Source: a bacterium
Lineage (GTDB): Bacteria; Zhuqueibacterota; Zhuqueibacteria; Residuimicrobiales; Krinioviventaceae
Length of the DNA stretch: 64,000 nt
Reading direction: 5' to 3'
NCBI GenBank assembly: GCA_963674595.2
Contig: CAXXFV010000036.1
Span: 1 to 64,000 of the forward strand
Under the pieces are notes generated by a model. The model did no database searches. It saw nothing but the letters and a program-made list of their open reading frames with translations, and was not told the DNA's origin. This document shows, piece after piece, positions 28,985 to 39,784 of this stretch. The translations under genes were made by a program, and so were the position numbers. Numbering within the stretch: position 1 is the stretch's first letter; each line of letters starts with the position of its first letter.

Positions 28985-30400
28985 ATGAAGTTAAAATCGA
29001 CAAAGTATTTCAGTGTTTTATTTATTGTGCTTATGCTTTTACCTGTTTCATCTTTTGCGTATAAAAAAATCAAAACTTTTGTTTTGCATCCACCCGAACA
29101 AACACTGGAAGGTGTCAAACGTATTGCCGTACTGGATTTTACTGAAACCGGCTCCAAAGAGGAAGAGGGTAACAATTTAGATCGTGAAGATTTGGCCATT
29201 AAAATTATTTCCGATGTTATTTTTGGTGATAAATCCAATCCCAGCACCGTGCAGCATGGAAAAAACTTTACAGATTATTTAATCGGCAAATTAATTGAAA
29301 GTGATCGCGGTATCGAAAAAGTGCAAACCGGTTTTTTGGGTATGGGAAGCGGACGTGAAGGGAAAACGTTACAGGACGGTGCATTTACCAATGTTTATGA
29401 AATTGTTGAAAGAGCTCAACTTGAACGATTACTTGAAGAACAAAAACTGGGCATGTCCGGCATTGTTAATCAGGACCAGGTTGCACAACTCGGTATTATG
29501 CTTGGGGTTCAGGCATTTGTTACCGGTAATTTGAGTATTACTCAAAAAGATACCGATTACAAAGAGACCCGCACGAAAAAGAAAGACGGTAAAGAAGTTA
29601 AAGAACAGGTAGCATGTCAAAAACGGGAAATTGTCGTCAAAGTTCGTACCCGCATTATCAGCACAGAGACCGGAAAAATTTTGGGAAGCACCGAGGCTTC
29701 TGAAAAATTGGCAAAATCATCCTGTAATGATAGCTGGGGAAACGATTCCTTCGGCAGATGAAATGATTGATGAATGTTTAAAGAAAAACAGTGAAACTAT
29801 AGCCAATTATTTTGCCCCATACTTTGAACTCGTTTCTTTTGAATTTAAAAAGATTGAAATGGACAAATTCAAAGATATTGGCGACAAAGCGGCTGAAGAG
29901 GCTGAAGATTTGCATGTGGATAAGGCCTATACAATTTATAAAGCAGTATATGATAAAATCCATACAACCCGGAAGTGACATATAATCTTGGTGTTTTACA
30001 GGAAGTTGTGGGTAACTTTACAAAAGCCCATGAACTGTACCAAATGGCCTATCAACTGAATGATGACGGCCGTTATAAAGATGCACTGAAAAGAATGGAT
30101 AAAAACGTAGAATTTGCAACGGCCCTGGCTAATATGGGAATTGAAATTAAGGAACATGACTTTAACACCAGTCAGGCGGCAGCTAAACGTGCTCTTGCTA
30201 AAAAGATCAGAACAAACGGAAACCGTAATGATATGATCAATATTCATCTGAAACCAACCGTTCAAAGTGCTGTTATACAGCGGGTTCCCGGTGGATTGAC
30301 ATTTATCGTGCTGGATAGAACAGGAGACTGGTTTCTCATTGAATTGTTGGGCGGGAAACAGGGATATGTAAATCAGGATGCCTGCAAACTGCAAGATTAA
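28985..30400 (+). CDS. CsgG/HfaB-like + TPR + SH3b exported protein, split by two frameshifts (about 29740 and 29958)
   Basis: Signal peptide, RIAVLDF, VERAQLERLLEEQKL...GIMLGV, TPR (YNLGVLQE..GNF..A...Y..A) and SH3b (DWFLIEL..GKQGYV). Three ORF pieces join at short A runs. Confidence 0.75.
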
Positions 30401-30434
30401 CAGTTAATTGATTGAATATTTTTTGATGATAAAG

Positions 30435-30466
30435 AAAAAGCCTCATATTTTTAAATATGAGGCTTT
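30435..30466. terminator. Bidirectional intrinsic terminator
   Basis: AAAAAGCCTCATATTT-TT-AAATATGAGGCTTT. Confidence 0.85.
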
Positions 30467-30482
30467 ATTATAATGTTAAATA

Positions 30483-30809
30483 TTACCATGATCGTGAACG
30501 CGGACCCTGAGATCCGCCTCTTCTCGGACCTCTTCCGCCGCCGCCACCACCGCCACCCGGGCGTCCTTTTTTCGGACGAGCTTCGTTAACAGTTATTGTT
30601 CGTCCTTCCATTTCGACTCCATTGACTTTTTCAATTGCATCTTTTGCCTCTTCCTGAGAAGGCATTGAAACAAATCCAAAACCACGCAGTTCGTCAGAAT
30701 ATTGGTCTTTAATCAATTTAACTTCAGTAACTTGTCCGTATTCTTCAAAAAGTTTACGAACAGTTTCTTCGTTAGTGGTTTTTGGAAGATTGCCTACATA
30801 GATATCCAA
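30483..30809 (-). CDS. RRM RNA-binding protein with Gly/Arg-rich tail
   Basis: RNP2 IYVGNL, RNP1 RGFGFV, VNEARP and a poly-Gly tail. Confidence 0.95.
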   Translation of the reverse strand: MDIYVGNLPKTTNEETVRKLFEEYGQVTEVKLIKDQYSDELRGFGFVSMPSQEEAKDAIEKVNGVEMEGRTITVNEARPKKGRPGGGGGGGGRGPRRGGSQGPRSRSW

Positions 30810-31014
30810 TTTAGACTCCTATGATAATAATAAAAAAGATCACCAATATTCGATGTTGAATTCGTCTTGTTTCTAACAAGATGTGACTCTTCAAGTGCGA
30901 ACTGGCAAGTGTTTATGTAATGTGAGCAAAATATTTTAATTATTCAAGTATTTTTATTGGTTTTTACTTGATCGTTAAAATTTATCAGAGTTTTTAAAAT
31001 CAAATTGATTTCAT

Positions 31015-33060
31015 TTATTTAACCGCTCTATAAGTAATCAGCTCGGAACCGGGTTTATCGAGTATGCGTATATCAACACCGGTTTTGAGTTCCTTTCCAT
31101 ACCGGGTATACACTGCACCGTTGTTTTCATAACATATTTCATAAAGTGTTTCATCATCCAGCGCTTTAAAACAAATTGTCTGAGATATTTTATCACTTTT
31201 GGGACGGCGAAAAACAAGCGCCATGCCTTCATTTAAATCGTCACGATGAAACTGGTAAGCCAGCCAATTGTCAAATCCGGTAGAATAATCCGTCAATGGA
31301 TAATAATCGCCCTGGAAAAGATGGCGGATTTTTTTGTATTCGTCATAAATATATTTGGCCTTTTCTTTGGGGAAATCATTATCATACAGGTTCCAGCCGG
31401 TCACCATTGAACCGGAGTAACTACTGCGGGCCACATAAATATCGGTTACAATACTTCCGGTGCCGTGCTGCGGAAAATAATAGGACAGACCAAAGGTGTG
31501 GTTTTGGCGGCCGTTTGGTTCGGTATAGTTATAATCGGAACGCCACAATGCCACGCTTCGTGAGATTGTTTCCAGATCCAGTCTTCTGCCGCCGCTGGCA
31601 CAGTTGTCAATAATCAGTCCCGGATGGCGCTGCACTAATTCATCCCAAAAAGCATACAGTCCCTCAATGTGCCGAATTTCGGTCATTCCCTGACGGTCGG
31701 GTGTGTCCAGAGACCGCCAGTAATCAAGAGGACGAATATTAAAGTCCTGACGATATAGGTCAACACCGTTCTCCTTAATCAGGTCTGAAATAAGGTTTGT
31801 CATCCATTTTCGGGCCTCGGGTATTCCCAGGTTAAAAATACCGTTTTTATCATCCGGTTTCCTTTTAATGATCCATTCCGGGTGTTCACGATCAACCAAT
31901 GTGCCCTGGTAAACACGTTCCGGTTCAAACCAGAGCAGGAATTTCAATCCCATTTTTTTAACCGCATCGGCAACCGGTTTCAGCCCGTTTGGGAAATGTT
32001 CTTTACGAATATACCAGTTTCCCACGTTTTGGTGCCAGGTACCGTTGTTAAAATCCATACTGCCGTACCAACCGGCATCAATCCACCAGTATTCGGCTTG
32101 TAATCCGAATTGCTGGTATCGTTCCGCCAGTGCGATCATGTTATGTTCAGTAGCCATTGTAAATTCTTCAAACATAAAGGCACCGCCGTTGCAGGCGAGT
32201 GGTCCTGTATATGGTTTTCCGTTAATTCGGGGAGTATGATGGGCCAGCACAAACCGGCGCAGTAAATTATGACCGCGCATTCTGTCATCTCCCTGCCAAA
32301 ACAGCAGGAGAATACGGGGTGTGCGAATTTTTTCTCCCGGATACAATTTCAGGTGTGTTTTTTCCAGTCCGGCCTGAAAGTTAATACCGCCGCTGTCATT
32401 TCGTTTTAACAGGGCCTGCCATTGTCCGCTCCAGCCAATGGCTGCCATAGCGCCCATTTCTCCGGCCTGAATGTTGAAAAAAGGAAACGAGCTTTGATCC
32501 GAGGAACGTCCACCTTTGGGCGCAAGTGTAATTTCGGAATTCGGGCCGATTTCATTCTTTAACGGTTCAAAATCATTTATCCCGTGGTTACTGCCGCGCG
32601 TATGGTGTAAAATATATTGTCCTTTGTTTGATTCAAAAAGATGTACATCAGCAGCCTGAATGTTTTGTAAAATAGGAGTATCGTTTGCACCCGAGTTTTC
32701 AAATTCCAAAATCCATTCAACCGCTGGAAAATTGTTAAAAACCGTAGCGACACACCTAATGACAAGTTTGGTTTCCGGGTCTTTCCAGGTTAGTACATAG
32801 TCAGTTTTATCATTGTCCGTTTTCTTTTTCTCAATACTGATATCCCAATCCTTTAAAAAAGAGGCGGATTGGTTATCGTTATAGATAAATGAAAACAAGG
32901 GTTCCGGTTTATCGATCAAATACCTGCTGGTCCATTGTTTAACAGCCTGATTTTCCTTTTTTACCAGATAGGCATTGTTTTCTTTAGCGGTTAGTAAAGG
33001 GCCGGTTATTAAAAAAAATCCTAAAAACAGCACCCATAACCGATAAGATAATCTAGCCAT
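31015..33060 (-). CDS. Alpha-galactosidase (GH36-like)
   Basis: WWIDAGW, FPNGL, LWFEPE, QDFN, DNCASGGRR.D and WRSD motifs, plus a signal peptide. Confidence 0.88.
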   Translation of the reverse strand: MARLSYRLWVLFLGFFLITGPLLTAKENNAYLVKKENQAVKQWTSRYLIDKPEPLFSFIYNDNQSASFLKDWDISIEKKKTDNDKTDYVLTWKDPETKLVIRCVATVFNNFPAVEWILEFENSGANDTPILQNIQAADVHLFESNKGQYILHHTRGSNHGINDFEPLKNEIGPNSEITLAPKGGRSSDQSSFPFFNIQAGEMGAMAAIGWSGQWQALLKRNDSGGINFQAGLEKTHLKLYPGEKIRTPRILLLFWQGDDRMRGHNLLRRFVLAHHTPRINGKPYTGPLACNGGAFMFEEFTMATEHNMIALAERYQQFGLQAEYWWIDAGWYGSMDFNNGTWHQNVGNWYIRKEHFPNGLKPVADAVKKMGLKFLLWFEPERVYQGTLVDREHPEWIIKRKPDDKNGIFNLGIPEARKWMTNLISDLIKENGVDLYRQDFNIRPLDYWRSLDTPDRQGMTEIRHIEGLYAFWDELVQRHPGLIIDNCASGGRRLDLETISRSVALWRSDYNYTEPNGRQNHTFGLSYYFPQHGTGSIVTDIYVARSSYSGSMVTGWNLYDNDFPKEKAKYIYDEYKKIRHLFQGDYYPLTDYSTGFDNWLAYQFHRDDLNEGMALVFRRPKSDKISQTICFKALDDETLYEICYENNGAVYTRYGKELKTGVDIRILDKPGSELITYRAVK

Positions 33061-33233
33061 AAATAAACTCCTATATTTTAGTTTTTATTAGTGTTTGCTT
33101 TATAAAAAAGTATTTATCTTTTTATTTTATGTAAAGGAATATAAAAGAAAGGTAGGATATTGTAATAATAAATAAATTTATACACAAGTAAAAAGCTAAA
33201 AGGCGATGTTTTTGAATAATTAAAACTCATAAT

Positions 33234-33263
33234 AAAAAAAAGCCCGTGAAAAACACGGGCTTT
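33234..33263 (-). terminator. Intrinsic terminator
   Basis: AAAAAAAAGCCCGTG-AAAAA-CACGGGCTTT. Confidence 0.85.
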
Positions 33264-33286
33264 ATATCTTGAGATGTATCAACTTT

Positions 33287-34472
33287 TTATCGTATTCGTG
33301 TGACCTTTTGTGTTGTGATATTATTTCCTGCTTTGAGTACCAGTATATATAACCCACTGGGAGTGGGTTGTCCGGCATTGTCCAGACCGTCCCATGAAGA
33401 GGTGTAACTGCCGGCACTTTGGTTTTCGGTTACCAGGGTTTGAACAGTACGTCCTGTAATGTCGATAACGCTCAATGTTACATCAGAATCGGCCTCAAGG
33501 CGGTATTCAATAGATGTTCCCGGATTAAAGGGATTGGGGTAGGCAGACAGTAATTCTGTTTTATCCGGTAAAACAATATCTGTGGTATTTACAGTTATCA
33601 CATGTCTGGATGAGACATTTCCGTTGATATCGATATCTGTAAGGCGGTATAAATAGGTGTTTCCGGATTGGACGTTTTTTATCGGCAAAGTTGTATTTAG
33701 TTTGGGATGTTTTATTTCCCTGACCAGCCAATTGTGTATGGGTTTTATAACTGGCGATTGTGGCCCAGTTTGTTTCACCTTTTAATTGGCGTTCCAGAAT
33801 AAAGCCCAGGTTATCTGTTTCGCTTTCAGTGGTCCAGGAAATATTGATGGCGCCCTTGGCTTGCGAGGCTGTAAAGGAACTCAGTTCGACAGGTAAGGAT
33901 TGATCAGAACCGGCATTGATTCCCTGATCCGGGATATCATCATAGGCCCATTCGTTGATTATAAGACTTGAATAGTCGCCTGCCATGGTCAGTTTTATCC
34001 AACCGTAGTGAGTATTGGCACCCAGATTAAATTTAAAACCGGCATATTTTGTACCGGCACCCTGGAATTGGGGGGCTAGGGGACCCCAATTGTCGTTTAA
34101 ACGAAAACCACCACCCGGACCGATATAAGCATTTAAATTGAGGGCATTAACCTGACTGTCTGTACCAAGCCAGCCACAGGTGGCTATGTTAGGATTGCTA
34201 ACATGAAAATAGGCCATTACGCTGGGAAAGAAATAAATTTGAAATCTTTCAGTTCCTCCTAAACTGATGGGCTCCACATTTGTTCCTGTAGATAGAACAA
34301 TACTACCGCCATTATTATAAACAACGACAGCACCTAAGGCCGGTTGAATGGGTAAAAGTGCTGCACCAGCAGCCACTGGAATTAATAATCGTTTGTCGAA
34401 TTTACTTATACGGGCAACTTTGGATTAAGAATCCAAACGTTGCTTTAACGTGTCTCGCGTATCAACATTCAT
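33287..34472 (-). pseudogene. Secreted protein (YGW...AY-type domain + LPVELSSF linker + FlgD-Ig/T9SS-type-A-like tail), disrupted
   Basis: GGAGG RBS and ATG at 34472. In-frame TAA at 34427-34425 and a +1 frameshift in the A6 run (33680-33675). Contains YPNPFNP, WDG and SGLY motifs. Confidence 0.75.
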
Positions 34473-34621
34473 CAGTACCCTCCATTAAATAAATTTTTTT
34501 AAAAATTAAATAGTAAAACAAGGTGGTAATGAGAATAAGCCGACAATAATGTTATTAAGAATTGGAGAATAAGCGTTTAAGAAGAAGAGTTCCACTTGAA
34601 TAAGACTTTTATTGCCTTTAG

Positions 34622-34653
34622 TTTATTGTACAATAAATTAGTAGATATGTCAA
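34622..34653 (-). promoter_or_regulatory. sigma70 promoter overlapped by a 16-bp palindrome
   Basis: TTGACA (34653-34648), 17 bp spacer, TACAAT. Perfect palindrome TTTATTGTACAATAAA at 34622-34637. Confidence 0.6.
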
Positions 34654-34670
34654 GAAGTATTTTGAAAATT

Positions 34671-35228
34671 TCACTGTTTTTGCCGCCACATCGTGGTATC
34701 AATAGCAGAAGCCATGTTTTCTATGTTTAATTTGATTTTTAGAAAATTTTCAATTTCCTGTGCTTTTTCCAGTGGCTGGCTTAGAACTTCCGGGTAAAAA
34801 AGAAATAGACACCGTACTTTATTAGCAATCAGCCAATTTTGCACCCGGTTTGTTTGAGCCGAATAGGCCTTTGCCAAATCATCTGAGGAAAGATTAGCAC
34901 CTGTTTGATCCAGGTTTTTTAACATTTCTCGCTGAGAGTTGATAATTTGTTCCAGAGGACGTACCATATAAAGAACAGAATACTCTTTTTCTTTATCGAC
35001 ATAAGGCAAGAGTTGAGTAATAATTTTAACAGCCTTTCCATCCGCCTCCTGCAACCATGTGTTGTCCTGACGCAGTTTTTTTACTTTTTCGTATTCGTAA
35101 TAGCCTCGTGTGTTGTTTTCATCTGCCTGGCGGATATTATCTGTTAATATGGGCAAACCGCATTTTTCCAGCATCTGCATCATTAAAGAGGTCCCTGAAC
35201 GCGGAAGACCGGATACAATGGTTATCAT
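34671..35228 (-). CDS. Sulfotransferase-family protein
   Basis: PAPS-binding loop SGLPRSGTSLMMQML, N.RGYYE and R......SQ motifs. Confidence 0.85.
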   Translation of the reverse strand: MITIVSGLPRSGTSLMMQMLEKCGLPILTDNIRQADENNTRGYYEYEKVKKLRQDNTWLQEADGKAVKIITQLLPYVDKEKEYSVLYMVRPLEQIINSQREMLKNLDQTGANLSSDDLAKAYSAQTNRVQNWLIANKVRCLFLFYPEVLSQPLEKAQEIENFLKIKLNIENMASAIDTTMWRQKQ

Positions 35229-37234
35229 AAAAGCCTCCCGATTTCTTTGGCGTAAATTTCTTCCAATATTATCTGATGTTTGATGGCTTCTTCACTGTTA
35301 AATAGTTTATTCTGGTATAAATATTTCAACATGCGGTGCACCGCTTTAAATCCCGGCACAATTACAGCGCATACTTTAAAAGCTTCTGCAGCGCGTTCAT
35401 ACATACCCAATCGCGATAAAGCAATTCCCAGATGGTAATGAGCAATGGGATTATGATAGATTAAACCGATGGCGTTTAAGGCATAAGAAGCAGCTTCTTC
35501 GTTTTTACGTTGTCGCAGATGTACCATTGCCATGCCATCATGGGCGATATGGCTGTCCGGATCAATTTCCAATGCTTTTGTAAAGGCGCGTTCCGCATCC
35601 TTTACACGTCCCATTTTCAAATAGGTTTGTCCAATTTGCTGATGTAATACCGGTAATCGTGGATCAGCTTTTTCTGCTTTTAATAAAAAGGTTAGAGCTT
35701 TGTTATAATCTTTTTCTGCGAGCGACAGTGAACCCTGTAACAGATCAAATTGAGGATGATATTTTTCATGGGTTTCTATTACTTTTTCAACAATATTCCG
35801 GGCTTTTTTGTGATCACCTAATGCCTGGCTGCATTTGGCTAATTGAAAAGCATAACGGGTTTGATCGGAATGTTCCGTATATAGTTTTTCAAGGATGGGC
35901 AGGGCATTCGAGTACATATTTTTATTTATAAAAGCCCGGGCCAGGTAAAATTGAGATTCATTCAATGTCTGATCGATTGCTTTCTGATGGTCTTCATCAG
36001 GTTTTTCGACATAACCCAGGGCTATCAATTGCTCCATAGCTTCCTGTTCGGCATAAGGGTCCTGTTGAACGTCTTGTGGAAGCAAACCGCATTCACCTTC
36101 TACATCTTCCCAGGAAGGTATATATTCAGGTTCGATCTGTTTATCAAAGGCCTAGACCAAAGGTTTACCGTCCATATCAGCTCCAATAGGCAGACCATAA
36201 AGTGTCAGGACTGTTGGGGCAATATCCAGCAGATTAGCGCCGTAAATACGTTCGTCCTGCAGAATATTAGGGCCTTTCATACATACAATGCCGTAAGAAC
36301 GATGCTGCCATGCCGGACCGGCCGGTTCTTTGGGAATGGAGGCAGGACGGAGGTGGTCTGAATGAAAACCATGATCGGAGACGAGTATGACGGTAACATC
36401 TTCACCTGCCAATTGCAGCAAACGACTCAACATCATATCGTGGTATAAATAACCTCCTGTTACAACTCCTTTATAGAGGTCGAACATATCTTCCGGTATA
36501 TGCGGCATACGCGGCGGGTGAAAGTTCATAAAAGCATGGCAAAAATGGTCAATGGCATCGAAATAAACCGCCAGGAAATCCCATTCTTCATTTTCCAATA
36601 TCCAGGTAGCTGCAGCCTGAATGCTGGAGCAATCGGCAATAATTTTTACAAGCGATTCAAGTCTTTTGTCTTTATCCTGGTCTATTTTTGCAGCATCCGG
36701 AACGAAAGGAAGAATATGCGCCTGGGTTAGTTCCTGAGGATGCACACGCAGTCTTTGGAATATTTTTTGTTTACTTTTCGGGTGCACCGTTCCAACTGAC
36801 ATGGGCCAGGGTTTATCGATTGGTGCGTTCGCACGTTGGTAAAAATTGGATATACAAATACCGTTTATAGGTTCAGCCGGATGACTGGGCCACCATCCTA
36901 TAACGTTTGTCTTGAAATTTTATTGAGTCAATATATTCCATAGAGCCTTAACTTTTCGGGAAGAGGCCATAACCGGGCGGATACCGGCAGATTGTGGAGC
37001 CGGTTCCGTAAAGTTTATGATACCGTGTTTATCGGCATGCATGCCCGTGGCAATGGATGTCCACAACATGGGGGACATGGGAGGGTCCAGCGTCGCCAGG
37101 TTTCCCATTACACCATGATTGATCAAGCTTTCCAATGCAGGCTTTTGACCGTTATCCAATAATGGGTTAATAATTTTCCAGTCAGCGGCATCCCAGCCTA
37201 TAAGCAGGACTTTTTTTGCCAATCTTTTACCCAT
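35225..37234 (-). pseudogene. Alkaline phosphatase / nucleotide pyrophosphatase family enzyme with C-terminal TPRs, two in-frame stops
   Basis: One reading frame from ATG 37234: [45 protein letters not shown], then TPRs. Interrupted only by TAA (36922-36920) and TAG (36154-36152). Confidence 0.85.
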
Positions 37235-37439
37235 TACTGTTCTCCTCACTGTTTGCTTTTTTCTCATCTATCTCAGCGCGTTTTTTTCGCCAAGCCAGTA
37301 ATCCTGCCGCACCTAATGCCAAAATCCCCAACGAACCTTCGTATGGAATACTTTTATAAAAATCTTCAAATGTATCATAGGATTGGTTTTCAACATTAGG
37401 GATAATGGATTCGGGAGTAATCTGTTTTTCGTCACTCAT
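37227..37439 (-). CDS. Micro-protein consisting mainly of a PEP-CTERM-like motif/TM/basic segment
   Basis: [24 protein letters not shown]. Its stop overlaps the ATG of the downstream enzyme gene. Confidence 0.75.
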   Translation of the reverse strand: MSDEKQITPESIIPNVENQSYDTFEDFYKSIPYEGSLGILALGAAGLLAWRKKRAEIDEKKANSEENSNG

Positions 37440-37518
37440 GAAATTGCCCTTAAATAAAGATTAGAGTTTATATATTTTAAGGTGTAGAACAAGTTTGAAA
37501 AAGGTGTCTTTTTCAATA

Positions 37519-38418
37519 CTAAAAAATAATCGTGTATTGAGTGCCTTTTTTATCAGAGACTGTTTTGATATCTGCTTCAAGTTGATTTGACAAGATTTCA
37601 ATCAACGTCAATCCGAGTGAATTTTCTTTTATTTTTTCTTTTTTTATTGAAAATCCAATTCCATCATCTCGAATTATCAGTTTGTATTTTCCTAAAGACG
37701 TTGTTTTGAAAGTTATATCTATTTTTCCGGTTTTTCCATCAGGAAAAGCATATTTTAAAGAATTTGTAATTATTTCGTTTATCATAATCCCGCATGGGAT
37801 GGCTTTGTCAATAGGTATTACAATATTTTCCAGATCAAAATTGATTTTTATTGTTTTTGCCATCTCGTGGGATGAAACCAAATGCTGCACAATGTCTTTA
37901 ATATATGAGTTGAAATTCACCTCGGAAAACGATTCTGTTTTATATAGCCTTTCATGAATCAAAGCGATAGAAAATATCATATTGATTATTTCATCAAGAG
38001 CCCTCTCAAGATGTTTTTCTTTGTGATAAGTTTTTTTTAGCCTCAAAAAGCTAATCATTATCTGCAGGTTGTTTTTTACTCGATGATATATTTCTTTTAT
38101 TAAGGCTTCTTTTTCTTCAAGGTTTTCCGAAATTATTTTTTTATGCTCTTTTAATAACAGAATCGATTTTTCTTTGTAATTTGAATATATTTTTAACAGA
38201 GTATAAATAAGACCTGTTGTTATCAGTACATAAATCCATCCTTTATATGTTTGAAATTTTACATAAAAATCATGTGATTGGCTTAATCGATTTAGAATGC
38301 GGTCAGAAAAAAATATCCAACAAAATCCAAAAGTAAAATATATTGTAGAGATTACAATAGGGCCATTAAAATTCTTTTGCAGTCTTTTGTAAAACAATTT
38401 TAATCTTGAATTTATCAT
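37519..38418 (-). CDS. Membrane sensor histidine kinase (HisKA_2 type)
   Basis: Two TMs, EIYHRVKNNLQ, NEIITNSLKYAF, DDGIG and SLGL motifs. Confidence 0.9.
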   Translation of the reverse strand: MINSRLKLFYKRLQKNFNGPIVISTIYFTFGFCWIFFSDRILNRLSQSHDFYVKFQTYKGWIYVLITTGLIYTLLKIYSNYKEKSILLLKEHKKIISENLEEKEALIKEIYHRVKNNLQIMISFLRLKKTYHKEKHLERALDEIINMIFSIALIHERLYKTESFSEVNFNSYIKDIVQHLVSSHEMAKTIKINFDLENIVIPIDKAIPCGIMINEIITNSLKYAFPDGKTGKIDITFKTTSLGKYKLIIRDDGIGFSIKKEKIKENSLGLTLIEILSNQLEADIKTVSDKKGTQYTIIF

Positions 38419-38683
38419 AATATACGAATTATATAATATAAAAAATTTTTTCCTGGAGCAGGTTATTGTAGAATTATAATTTTTCCAATGTCCGTCAGGG
38501 ATTGTTTTTTAATTGGAATTGCCGATATAACTCTATAAACAATAATCTGTTAAGAGAATAATAATTATACAAAATAAACCAATGTTGTGCAAGGGTTATT
38601 TAAAAAAATTACAGCATTGTGTCATATTGAATTTGAATTTTTCTTTATCAATCCCCGAGTAATTATTCTTGATGCTTCTAATT

Positions 38684-39358
38684 TTATTTTTGATGTATCT
38701 CCTGATCAAATTGTTCCAAAGTTGAAATGATCATCTTGGAAATTTTTTGTAACTGATCATGAGTCGCTTTTGTTATAAAATTTTCGGGCTGTTCAAGAAA
38801 TACTTTATAAACTTTGATGGCAAGTACTGCCTGCTGTGTTGAATTTATGGGAATGAATCCTTCCGGAAATAGTTCAGGATGTTTATTTAAAAATTCTGCT
38901 GCCATTTTAACGGCTGTTATATTTTTTGGGTCTTGCTCTGATGATAAAGAAAACTGCCATCGATTCGCCTGTTCTCTAATTAAAGGTTTCTTTTCATCTT
39001 CAGATAAGCCGGTTGCGGCGAAAATACGACAATCATAGTTGCGGCAGGTTTGCGGGCGGTTTTCATATATTGAACAGTTGTTGTTAATAAACATGGGGCA
39101 ATGACCTTTTTCATCATATCCCATTAATACATGTCCTTTTGGGAGACCCGGCGCTTTGAATAAAAGTTCTTTGGGAATTGTTGCAAGTGTGTTTTTTTCA
39201 TCGGGTTTTATATGGATGAAATAGGATGAGGTACAGCAGGCCCGGCAATCACCACAGGGCACTTTAGCAGTTTTATTTAATAGCAAGGTTTCCTCTGTTT
39301 GTTCCAGCCATGAGGAAAAATTTCCCGCAGATATTATTTTGGTATCTTTATTTGCCAT
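38684..39358 (-). CDS. YkgJ-family cysteine-cluster protein
   Basis: CGDCRACC, CPMF...CSIY..RP.TCR.YDC motifs. Confidence 0.88.
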   Translation of the reverse strand: MANKDTKIISAGNFSSWLEQTEETLLLNKTAKVPCGDCRACCTSSYFIHIKPDEKNTLATIPKELLFKAPGLPKGHVLMGYDEKGHCPMFINNNCSIYENRPQTCRNYDCRIFAATGLSEDEKKPLIREQANRWQFSLSSEQDPKNITAVKMAAEFLNKHPELFPEGFIPINSTQQAVLAIKVYKVFLEQPENFITKATHDQLQKISKMIISTLEQFDQEIHQK

Positions 39359-39784
39359 ATTATTTTTTTTGAAAAGATTTTTTAATCCCTATGTATATCA
39401 GTTAGAGAATAGTTAAGTAATAGTCATTTGATACTGTATTTGTATGATTATTGAATTTTGTTGAACGATTATACAAAATATCTTTTCATTGTGCAATAAA
39501 AATATCAACGTATTGACTGGTCTGAACAAGTATAACGCTGTCTGCTCATTATAACATTATTATTTTTGCCTTTGTGGTTTGCATGAAAAAAAATCAACTA
39601 ATCGTTAAAAAATCGCAAGATTTTTAATTTCGTTTTGTTAAAAGGCTATAAAAACTATTGTTTTCTTAAATCTCGAATCTAAAATAGCCGGCTAAAGTTT
39701 ATAATAAATTATAGAACAAGATTCAATAGTCTGGTGAATATCCACAAGAACCTTCCAGGTGAGTTTTTCTTGACAGGAGGAAAA

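Noticed and set aside
30531-30560. CCG/CCA triplet repeat
   Set aside because: It encodes the ordinary poly-Gly tail of the RRM protein.
34425-36922. Stop-codon reassignment (TAA/TAG read as sense) to explain the in-frame stops
   Set aside because: Most genes in the window end at TAA or TAG with family-appropriate C-termini, and no suppressor tRNA is present.
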